Source: Candidatus Nomurabacteria bacterium GW2011_GWD2_36_14 (GTDB taxonomy: Bacteria; Patescibacteriota; Minisyncoccia; Phycocordibacterales; UBA9973). Taken from it: a DNA stretch of 64,000 bases. The notes beneath the pieces are model-generated. The model did not search any database and was not told the origin of the DNA. It was given only the letters and a program-made list of their open reading frames with translations. A program made the position numbers and the translations under genes. This document shows positions 38,871 through 47,216 of this stretch, one piece after another. The stretch's first letter is position 1; each line of letters begins with the position of its first letter. The stretch lies in the NCBI GenBank assembly GCA_000991405.1, contig LBRL01000001.1, positions 3,744 to 67,743 of the forward strand, in the 5' to 3' direction.

Positions 38871-39653
38871 TTAACCAATAGATTCATGAATGAAGCTTAC
38901 GAAAGTCGCACCCTTCTCTTTGAGTAGGTTGTCGATAGTTAGGTCAGGATTTTTAATAAATGGTTGATCCATCAAAGTTTGTTCTTTGAAGTATGTAGAT
39001 ATTTTACCATCGAGCATTTTCTTTTTTATCTCTTCGGGTTTGTCTGATTCTGATACTTCTTTTTCGAAGACTTCTATAACCTTCGCTTTATCTTCTTCTG
39101 TTATGTCATCTGCTTTTACAAAGGCAGGCTTCATAGCTGCTATGTGCATAGCTATATCTTTTGCAAGTTCTGTTGTTCCTCCTGTAAGTGTTACTATGAC
39201 AGCTCTTTTACTTCCGTGTACGTAGCTACCTAGAGTAGAACCAGTTATTAGCTCTACCTTTCCAAGTTCAATCTTTTCTCCAACTTTCTGAACCACAGGA
39301 TTTATGATATCTAGAGATTTTGCTTGTATAGCTTCTACTCCATCCTTCCAAGCTAGTTGTGCCAATTCGTTGGCGAGAGCTATAAAGTCAGCATTTCTAG
39401 CCACAAAGTCAGTCTCAGAATGAAGAGTAAGAAGTAAAGCTTTTCCTGTACCTTCAACTACCACAATGATACCATCGTGGGCTGTGCGGTCAGACTTCTT
39501 CATAGCGATACTGCTTGATTTCTTTTTAAGGATAATCAAGGCTTTCTCCATATCTCCTTCTGCTTCTTCAAGTGCATTTTTACATTGCATGACAGAGACA
39601 CCAGTTGCATCTCTTAATTCTTTGACTAATTCTGCGGTTATTTTTATAGACAT
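38871..39653 (-). CDS. tsf: Elongation factor Ts
   Basis: LVKELRDATGVSVMQCKNAL, SETDFVARN, DIAMHIAAMKP. Confidence 0.97.
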   Translation of the reverse strand: MSIKITAELVKELRDATGVSVMQCKNALEEAEGDMEKALIILKKKSSSIAMKKSDRTAHDGIIVVVEGTGKALLLTLHSETDFVARNADFIALANELAQLAWKDGVEAIQAKSLDIINPVVQKVGEKIELGKVELITGSTLGSYVHGSKRAVIVTLTGGTTELAKDIAMHIAAMKPAFVKADDITEEDKAKVIEVFEKEVSESDKPEEIKKKMLDGKISTYFKEQTLMDQPFIKNPDLTIDNLLKEKGATFVSFIHESIG

Positions 39654-39702
39654 GATTTTATTATAGATTGGTTGTATGACCTTAACAAATAATTTTTTTT
39701 AA

Positions 39703-40401
39703 CTACTTCTTATCTCCAGATACTCCTTTATTGTAAGCATTTTTGATTTGAGTCAAGAAGAAACTGATACTAGATACAGAGGCATCGTTGGCGATAATAG
39801 GGAATTCGGATTGCTTTATATTACAGTCTGTATTCATAACGGAAATAACAGGTAGATTCATTTTGTGAGCTTCTGTTACCGCGATGTGTTCTTTCTTAGG
39901 GTCAATTACGAACATTGCATCTGGAGTTTTGGTTATACCTGTAAGACCTTGGAAGTTCTTTGTCATGTCATCCATTTCTCGGTCTATTAGTAGTCTTTCT
40001 TTCTTAGTATATTTATCAAGGCCACCTTTTTCTTTTTGATCACGTAGGTCTAGAAGTTTGGTAATACGTTTTTTAATTTCAGGGAAGTTTGTAAGAGCAC
40101 CTCCAACCCAACGCTCAGATACATAAGGCATGTTTAAAGATAAAGCAGTCTCTATTATTTGCTGGCGAGCTTCTGCCTTAGTTCCAACGAAAAGGATAGT
40201 CTTACCAGCTTGGGCAAGCTCTGTAACTTTTTCTATTGCTTTATTGAAGAGTTCATTAGTCTTCTCAATATTTATAATATCTACTCCGTTCTTCGTTGCG
40301 AAGATATAAGGGGTAGTAGATGGGTGGCGACGACTCTTGGAGTACCCGTAGTGAGTACCATTTGCAAACATTTCTTCTATAACACTATTTTGTGTAGTCA
40401 T
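39703..40401 (-). CDS. rpsB: 30S ribosomal protein S2
   Basis: GTHYG, ILFVGTK, RWVGGALTNF, DCN...PIIANDAS. Confidence 0.97.
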   Translation of the reverse strand: MTTQNSVIEEMFANGTHYGYSKSRRHPSTTPYIFATKNGVDIINIEKTNELFNKAIEKVTELAQAGKTILFVGTKAEARQQIIETALSLNMPYVSERWVGGALTNFPEIKKRITKLLDLRDQKEKGGLDKYTKKERLLIDREMDDMTKNFQGLTGITKTPDAMFVIDPKKEHIAVTEAHKMNLPVISVMNTDCNIKQSEFPIIANDASVSSISFFLTQIKNAYNKGVSGDKK

Positions 40402-40602
40402 ATTGTTTTTTGTCTAAGGCGAACCTATAGACTTTATGGTTAATTAATTATAATACTAACCGTTTTTAAGCATTCCAGCTCGCCCGACCATAGGTCTAGG
40501 GCTTATTTACAAAGGTCTTTTAAACAAAAAAGTCCTTCACGGAAAGTACCCACATAATACCAGAAAAAGCATTATTTTGCAAATAGAATTTTCACTAATT
40601 CT

Positions 40603-40626
40603 ACTAGACAGGACCTAGTCGATTTT
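40603..40626 (+). repeat. Degenerate REP-like copy
   Basis: ACTAGACAGGACCTAGTCGATTTT vs ACTAGGCAAGACCTAGTCGGTTTT (21/24). Confidence 0.7.
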
Positions 40627-40661
40627 TGGTTTTTTATATTTAAAAGTGCTAATATATTGGA

Positions 40662-42041
40662 ATGGAAGGATTAAATAAAAATACTCCAAAAGAAACAATC
40701 TCAGAAAATAACAGTAATCTTAAAAAGAAAGAAAAACAAATTTCAATTATTGAAATTGATGGTATTAAAATTGAGGCTCAAAAAGAATATTTTGAATATC
40801 CTGAATATATACAAAAAGAAAGTGGTGTTATTGGATATGATAGAACTATAATTGATGACAAATCATTATTTAATATTATAAACAATATATGTAAAAATAA
40901 GGGCATTGATCTTTTAAATGAGGGAGCTTTTGATTTCCATTCTTTGAAAGAAAAGATTATAAATCAATTTTCTACTTTTGTCTTAGACGAAGATCATCGT
41001 CTCAATGCAACTCCTGAATTGATTGAAATGTTTGGTGGAATGAAAAAAGAAGTACCTTCTATTTTTAGAAAAGTAGAAGAAATAATGAGAGAGTTACTCA
41101 AAGGTTTACTTTTAACATTTTCTAATGGAGAATATCCAAATAAGTGCTTTACTCACCAAATGGGTGCAGATTATAATAGAAATCGACGAGATGAATTTAA
41201 ACAAGATCTTGTGGAGAATAAATTTTTTGTTCATAAAATTTATGATATTGATTATGTAAAAGAACAAACCGACAAAAAAGGATTTGATCATACACTATTT
41301 AATGCTACTGGAGGTCTTGAATCATGGAATACTATAAAATCAGATTTGGTAATTTATGACAATACAGGGGAAGAAGTTGAGGCTGGAATGATTGCTAAGC
41401 TTGGTTCCCCTAAATATTTTGAAGGCATAAAAAATGGAAGTTTGTTTGCGTGTACTCCTAAATCAGGCTTTAATGTTGATACTGGAAAATTTTTCTATTC
41501 GCATGAAGGTGGGTTAACAGATCCAGTACCATCTTTTGGATTTTCAATGAAAAATAATATTTTTTTTCAAGAATATTTAAATAAATCATTAGATATATAC
41601 ACAAAAGAAATTAAAGGAATAGATTGGAAAGAATTAGAAGGTGGGGGTATTAACTCTATCGTTCAAGAATTAGTTTTGAGTGATTCTACGGTGCAAGAAA
41701 TAATTTATAAAAAACAAGGAGATAAAGAATATATTAAGGTTGAAAAATATGATGATTCTATTATAAGAGCAGTTAAAAACGTAGTAGAAAAAATAGAAGA
41801 AGATCACGGTATAAAATTGAATGATTACTTAATAAGTTCAGATGTTGTGGGGGATATAATTAGTTCCATGAATTCTAGAAGTGATCGTGAGAAACGCCTT
41901 CCTGTTTTTATAGGTAAAGATGATATTCCACAACTTTGTTGGGGGCACGCTTCTTTCTGTCATTTTATGAGTTCTAAAGGGTTCAATTTTATTAGATTCA
42001 AACATGCAGATCATTTGCCAAATAAAGATAAAACCGACTAG
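40662..42041 (+). CDS. Hypothetical protein (AT-rich), bracketed by REP-like copies
   Basis: 459-aa ORF with no motif recognised; its TAG stop lies inside the REP hairpin. Confidence 0.75.
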   Translation: MEGLNKNTPKETISENNSNLKKKEKQISIIEIDGIKIEAQKEYFEYPEYIQKESGVIGYDRTIIDDKSLFNIINNICKNKGIDLLNEGAFDFHSLKEKIINQFSTFVLDEDHRLNATPELIEMFGGMKKEVPSIFRKVEEIMRELLKGLLLTFSNGEYPNKCFTHQMGADYNRNRRDEFKQDLVENKFFVHKIYDIDYVKEQTDKKGFDHTLFNATGGLESWNTIKSDLVIYDNTGEEVEAGMIAKLGSPKYFEGIKNGSLFACTPKSGFNVDTGKFFYSHEGGLTDPVPSFGFSMKNNIFFQEYLNKSLDIYTKEIKGIDWKELEGGGINSIVQELVLSDSTVQEIIYKKQGDKEYIKVEKYDDSIIRAVKNVVEKIEEDHGIKLNDYLISSDVVGDIISSMNSRSDREKRLPVFIGKDDIPQLCWGHASFCHFMSSKGFNFIRFKHADHLPNKDKTD

Positions 42042-42060
42042 GCAAGACCTAGTCGGTTTT
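42030..42060. repeat. REP-like hairpin downstream of the RAYT gene
   Basis: AAAACCGACTAGG-CAAGA-CCTAGTCGGTTTT. Confidence 0.95.
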
Positions 42061-42061
42061 G

Positions 42062-42718
42062 TTATTTATTATAATTAAGCCATTCAAAAATTTCTTTTGT
42101 GAATGATTTTTTGTTTGGAAAATATTTTGGAAAGGTTTCTTTATTTAAAATATTGTTTTGAATTCTTTCTATCCCCAAATAATCAAGATAACTACTATAT
42201 TGGTAATTGTATAAATATTCTAAGGTTTCTTTTTTATTTTTAACCCCGACTTCTTTCCAATCTTTTTGTATAAGTTTTATTGGATTTAAGTGAATATATG
42301 AAAATAAGTATTTTAAATAACGCTCTTCACTTACATGCTCTGATTTAAATTTACCTTCAAAAAGTCCACCAGTATGTTTGTATTTTTTATTATAATACAT
42401 TACATATGCAGTAGTTAATTTTTGCATAAATTTGCTTATACTGCCATCTTCTATCTGTGTTATAAGAATATGAAAATGATTAGGCATAATACAAAAAGAT
42501 CCTATTGATACTAACTGCTTGCCCCTTTCAAAATCATATGGGCTTTCTTTTACACCAAGACCAAACATTCTGAAATTATTTTCAGAATTACAAGCAAACA
42601 TAAGACCCATAAAATGAAAACAATCCTCATTGTCATGAAAGATTTTTTGTTTACTATTACCACGATTAAATACATGATAATACTCATTATTAACTAGGTT
42701 TACCTTTCTAATAGACAT
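42062..42718 (-). mobile_element. REP-associated tyrosine transposase (RAYT, HUH Y1_Tnp family)
   Basis: YYHVFNRGN, FCIMPNHFHIL (HUH), YYNKKY..TGGLFEGKFKS, YIHLNP, YQYSSY. Confidence 0.92.
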
Positions 42719-42736
42719 AATTATATTATATACTTA

Positions 42737-42767
42737 AAAACCGACTAGGCAAGACCTAGTCGGTTTT
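42737..42767. repeat. REP-like hairpin upstream of the RAYT gene
   Basis: Identical 31-mer to 42030-42060, same orientation. Confidence 0.95.
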
Positions 42768-42807
42768 TTGTTTTGACCCAAAGTGATTTTTAGGGTAGTA
42801 TGTGGGT

Positions 42808-44067
42808 ATGAAGCAATCACAACTATTTACTAGAACAAAGAAGGAAAGTCCAGCGGATGAAGTATCTCTAAATGCTGAACTCCTTATAAGAGCAGGTTTT
42901 ATAAACAAAGAAATGGCAGGGGTATATTCTTATCTACCTCTTGGTCTTCGTGTTTTGAAGAAGATAGAAAGCATTATTAGAGAAGAAATGGACAATATTG
43001 GTGGTACAGAGATGAGGACAAGTGTCATTCAAAATAAAGAAGTTTGGGAGAAATCAAACAGATGGGATGATGAAGTGGTAGATAATTGGTTTAAAACAAA
43101 ATTAAAAAATGGAACAGAGGTTGGGTTATCTTTTACAAACGAAGAAGCTTATTCAAATATTTTGAAACATTACATAAATTCTTATAAAGATTTACCTATA
43201 TATCCTTATGATTTTAAAAATATCTTTAGAAACGAAGCTCGAAGTAAGTCTGGAATTCTAAGAGGAAGAGAGTTTTATTGGAAAGCGTTATATTCTTTCT
43301 CTAAGGATGAGAAGGAACACAATGAATTTTATGAGAAGGCTAAGGAAGCTTATAAGAACATCTTTAAAAGAGCAGGAATAGGTCATCTTACTTATCTTAC
43401 TTTTGCTTCTGGTGGAAGCTTCTCAAAATTCTCTCATGAATTCCAGACTATAACTTCTGCAGGTGAAGACACTATTTATGTCGATGAAAACAAGGGAATA
43501 GCTATCAATAAAGAAGTTTATAATGATGAGGTTCTTGAAAGTCTTGGTGTTAAAAAAGATGATTTAGTTGAAAATAAGGCTGTAGAAGTAGGAAATATAT
43601 TTTCACTTGGAACAAAATTTTCAGCACCTTTTGATTTGAAATACAAAGATGAAAATGGAGAGGAGAAGCTAGTCATAATGGGTAGTTATGGTATTGGATT
43701 GGGTAGACTAATGGGTACTGTAGTAGAAGTCCTATCTGACGACAAGGGTATCATCTGGCCAGAAAGCATTGCTCCTTTTAAGGTTCATTTATTGTTACTT
43801 GGTGGAGATGAAAATGTTAAGAATGAAGCAGGGGGTCTTTACAATAAACTCAAAGAAAAAAATATTGAAGTTCTATTTGACGATCGTAGCGATATAAGTG
43901 CTGGAGAGAAATTTGCTGATTCTGATCTTATTGGTATCCCTTATAGAATAGTTATTTCAAAACGAAGTCTAGCTGATGGAGGATACGAAGTTAAGAAGCG
44001 CACAGAGTCCAGTGGTAAAATAATAAATATTGATGAACTAATTAGTTTACTAGAAACTAAAAACTAG
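42808..44067 (+). CDS. proS: Proline--tRNA ligase (short form with no INS editing domain)
   Basis: LLIRAGFI, GVYSYLPLG, FRNEAR..GILRGREF, EVGNIFSLGTKFS, MGSYGIG. Confidence 0.94.
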   Translation: MKQSQLFTRTKKESPADEVSLNAELLIRAGFINKEMAGVYSYLPLGLRVLKKIESIIREEMDNIGGTEMRTSVIQNKEVWEKSNRWDDEVVDNWFKTKLKNGTEVGLSFTNEEAYSNILKHYINSYKDLPIYPYDFKNIFRNEARSKSGILRGREFYWKALYSFSKDEKEHNEFYEKAKEAYKNIFKRAGIGHLTYLTFASGGSFSKFSHEFQTITSAGEDTIYVDENKGIAINKEVYNDEVLESLGVKKDDLVENKAVEVGNIFSLGTKFSAPFDLKYKDENGEEKLVIMGSYGIGLGRLMGTVVEVLSDDKGIIWPESIAPFKVHLLLLGGDENVKNEAGGLYNKLKEKNIEVLFDDRSDISAGEKFADSDLIGIPYRIVISKRSLADGGYEVKKRTESSGKIINIDELISLLETKN

Positions 44068-44088
44068 TCACTAGAACCTAATTTATAT

Positions 44089-45135
44089 ATGTTTAAAAAA
44101 TTTTATCAAATGTTTTCTAATGATATCGGTATCGACCTAGGGACTGCCAACACCTTGGTGTATTTGAAGGGGCACGGTATCGTCATCAACGAACCTTCCG
44201 TGGTAGTTGTGAATCAGAAGACAGGTCAGATTGTAGCTGTCGGTGCCGAAGCCAAGCAGATGCTTGGACGTACCCCAGGACACGTGCGAGCTATTCGACC
44301 GATTATTGATGGAGTTATTTCCGACTTTGAAGTTACAGAAGAAATGCTTTCCTATCTTATAGGCAAGGCAGAAAAGATTTCCAAGAAGTTCATTCGTCCT
44401 CGCGTTGTTCTAGGTGTGCCAACTGGTATCACCAACGTAGAGATACGTGCCGTAGAGGACGCCGCTCTCTCAGCTGGTGCCCGCGAAGTTTATATTATCG
44501 AAGAGCCAATGTCTGCCGCTATAGGTATACGTCTACCAGTCAAGGAAGCCATGGGTTCGGTCATAGTTGATATCGGTGGAGGTACGACCGATGTGGCTGT
44601 CATATCTCTCTCGGGAGTTGTTCGCTCAAAGAATTTGAAAATTGCTGGAGATCTTCTCAATACCAATATTATAAATTACATGAAAGATGAATTTAAGTTA
44701 CTCATTGGAGAGAGAACTGCTGAAGGTGTGAAGATTGCCATAGGTTCCGCTATTGAAGGTGAACCCATGGAAGCTGAAGTTAGAGGCCGAGACCTAGTCA
44801 CTGGTCTACCTCGTCAAGTAATAGTTACAGACTCCGATATACGTGAAGCCATTCTACCTTCTATCATTAGCTTAGTAGATGGAGTGAAGGAAGTACTAGA
44901 GACTACTCCCCCAGAAATACTCTCCGACATAATGTACAGAGGTCTTGTTCTTTCGGGTGGTGGGGCTCTTATCAGAGGCTTGGATACTTTACTTCAGCAA
45001 ACCCTTAAGATTCCTATATATATAGCCGAAGATCCTCTCACCGCAGTAGCTCGTGGTACCGGTGTGGTACTTGATGACTTTGAAAATTACCAAGAAGTTT
45101 TATTAAACACAGATGATTCATCAGTTCCGAGATAA
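44089..45135 (+). CDS. mreB: Rod shape-determining protein MreB
   Basis: DIGIDLGTANT, VDIGGGTTD, LSGGGAL. Confidence 0.97.
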   Translation: MFKKFYQMFSNDIGIDLGTANTLVYLKGHGIVINEPSVVVVNQKTGQIVAVGAEAKQMLGRTPGHVRAIRPIIDGVISDFEVTEEMLSYLIGKAEKISKKFIRPRVVLGVPTGITNVEIRAVEDAALSAGAREVYIIEEPMSAAIGIRLPVKEAMGSVIVDIGGGTTDVAVISLSGVVRSKNLKIAGDLLNTNIINYMKDEFKLLIGERTAEGVKIAIGSAIEGEPMEAEVRGRDLVTGLPRQVIVTDSDIREAILPSIISLVDGVKEVLETTPPEILSDIMYRGLVLSGGGALIRGLDTLLQQTLKIPIYIAEDPLTAVARGTGVVLDDFENYQEVLLNTDDSSVPR

Positions 45136-45910
45136 AAAGCAAATAGCGAAAAAGAGAAAGTTAGTCAAGAATATTATCTTCTTGATAGGCTTTTTATTAT
45201 TATCAGTTGGAGGAGTTTTTGCTTATACAAGCGGAGCTTTGCACTTTATTGGTAGACCTATCTGGAAAGCTAAGACTGCTGTTGTGGACAACATAGAGAG
45301 CAAGGGTTACATTTTCCGTTCAAAGGCTTCCGTATACAAGGACAATGCAAATCTTTTGAATGAAAATGCTCAACTCAAAATTTCCATGATTGATTACAAT
45401 ATTTTGAAAGATGAGAATCTGAAGCTCAAGGAATTATTTGGTCGCACAACTCCCACCAAGGATCTTGTCCTTTCCAGTATTTTAACGAAGCCAAACTTTT
45501 CACCTTATGATACGATCATTATCGATATCGGAACCAACTTGGGTGTAGCAGTAGGGGATAAGGTTTACTCTGACGTCGTTACTCCCTTAGGAGAAGTAAG
45601 TGCCGTCTACTCTGATACATCCTTAGTAACTCTTTATTCCAATCCAGGCCAAGTCACCGAGGCTATGATGGATGGTACCAATACTAGCGTAGAGTTAGTT
45701 GGTCGTGGAGGTGGCAACTTTGAAATGACGATTCCCATAGACTTACCTTATACCAATGGCACCTTCGTTTATCTTCCAAATTTTAAACCGGAGGTAGTAG
45801 CTACGATAGAAGAAGTAATATCCTCTCCCAACGACCCAGTGAAGAAGGTTCTCTTGCGATCTCCCGTCAATGTCCAGAGTCTCAAATGGGTTTTCGTCAG
45901 TCGAGAATAA
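45113..45910 (+). CDS. mreC: Rod shape-determining protein MreC
   Basis: TM helix, coiled coil ending LKDENLKLKEL, TIIIDIG; follows mreB. Confidence 0.9.
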   Translation: MIHQFRDKKQIAKKRKLVKNIIFLIGFLLLSVGGVFAYTSGALHFIGRPIWKAKTAVVDNIESKGYIFRSKASVYKDNANLLNENAQLKISMIDYNILKDENLKLKELFGRTTPTKDLVLSSILTKPNFSPYDTIIIDIGTNLGVAVGDKVYSDVVTPLGEVSAVYSDTSLVTLYSNPGQVTEAMMDGTNTSVELVGRGGGNFEMTIPIDLPYTNGTFVYLPNFKPEVVATIEEVISSPNDPVKKVLLRSPVNVQSLKWVFVSRE

Positions 45911-45917
45911 AGCCTGT

Positions 45918-47216
45918 ATGAAGAAAGCTATTGATTTTAAAATTGAAAAAAGGTTAGAGGGATTTCTAGGTAGAGCAGGGACTCTGACTACACCGCATGG
46001 AGTTATTGAGACTCCGTCTTTTGTCGTTGTAGGTACAAAAGGTACAGTCAAGGCCATGACTCCCGAACAACTCAAGGAGATAGGTGTGCAAGTTACACTT
46101 GCCAATACTTATCATCTTTATCTACAACCAGGAAATGAGCTTATACGTGAGGCAGGAGGTTTGCACAAGTTCATGAATTGGCAGGGGCCCATGATGACAG
46201 ACTCTGGTGGATTCCAAGTATTTTCTCTTGGTGTGGCTTACGGCAAAGAGCTTTCCAAAGTTGTTTCTGTAACTGATCCTAGCTTGCTTATTCCGGAAAG
46301 GTCCACGGCAGAAGATGGAGTACCAAGACTTGCAACCATAGGGAACGATGGAGTTTCTTTCCGATCACACTTAGATGGATCGCTTCATTATATAACTCCA
46401 GAAAAGTCTATCGAGATTCAGCACAACTTAGGAGCCGATATTATATTTGCTTTTGATGAATGTACTTCTCCGACTGAGACTGCTCGATACCAAGAAGAAG
46501 CTCTTTCTCGTACTCACTCTTGGGCCAAGAGGAGTTTGGAGGAGCATAAGAAACGGGAGGAAGCAAAGCAAGAATATGCGAATTCTTCACGCTTTACCCT
46601 AAAGGGCTCCGACGCGACTCAGAATTCTCATATTCTTGCTTCACTTCCTCAGGCTCTCTTTGGTATTGTTCAAGGTGGACGTAGTGAAGAACTTAGGAAG
46701 AAGTCTGCTAAAGTTATAGGAGAAATGGACTTCGATGGTTTTGGTATTGGTGGTTCTTTTGCAAAAGAGGATATGTCTACTGCTGTAAAGTGGGTCAATG
46801 AAGTGCTCCCAGAAGACAAGCCTCGCCATTTACTAGGTATCGGTGAACCGGAAGACTTATTTTCTGGAGTAGAAAACGGAGTAGATCTCTTTGACTGCGT
46901 CGGCCCTACTCGCATTGCTCGCAACGGGACAATGTTTACAAAGAACGGCAAGATAAATATTCTCAATGCAAAGTTTGTAAAAGATTTTGGTTCAGTAGAT
47001 GAAGGGTGCGGTTGTAATACTTGCCAGAATTATACTCGAGCTTATCTTTCACATTTATTCCGTGCCAAGGAAATGCTAGGAGCAACCCTTGCTTCTATTC
47101 ATAATGTCTACTTCATCACAAATCTTGTAAAGCAAATGCGCAATGCTATACTAAATGATACATTCCATGAATTTAAAAATGAATTTTTAAAAAATTATGC
47201 CAAACAAAGTATTTAA
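45918..47216 (+). CDS. tgt: tRNA-guanine transglycosylase carrying an in-frame palindromic insert
   Basis: LANTYHL, TDSGGFQVFSL, FGIVQGG, PRHLLGIG, CGCNTC. Confidence 0.96.
   Translation: MKKAIDFKIEKRLEGFLGRAGTLTTPHGVIETPSFVVVGTKGTVKAMTPEQLKEIGVQVTLANTYHLYLQPGNELIREAGGLHKFMNWQGPMMTDSGGFQVFSLGVAYGKELSKVVSVTDPSLLIPERSTAEDGVPRLATIGNDGVSFRSHLDGSLHYITPEKSIEIQHNLGADIIFAFDECTSPTETARYQEEALSRTHSWAKRSLEEHKKREEAKQEYANSSRFTLKGSDATQNSHILASLPQALFGIVQGGRSEELRKKSAKVIGEMDFDGFGIGGSFAKEDMSTAVKWVNEVLPEDKPRHLLGIGEPEDLFSGVENGVDLFDCVGPTRIARNGTMFTKNGKINILNAKFVKDFGSVDEGCGCNTCQNYTRAYLSHLFRAKEMLGATLASIHNVYFITNLVKQMRNAILNDTFHEFKNEFLKNYAKQSI
46557..46650 (+). repeat. Coding palindromic element (family A, copy 1) in tgt
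   Basis: 30-bp arms (27/30) around core CGCTTTACCCTAAAGGGCTCCGACGCG; encodes QEYANSSRFTLKGSDATQNSHILAS. Confidence 0.95.

Noticed and set aside
40402-40560. rpsB leader regulatory RNA
   Set aside because: The position is plausible, but I could not match a defined structure by eye.
46557-46650. Intein or group I/II intron explanation for the coding inserts
   Set aside because: At ~27 aa (80-90 nt) they are far too short, with no intein C/S...HN termini and no intron core. Removal by another mechanism is not excluded.
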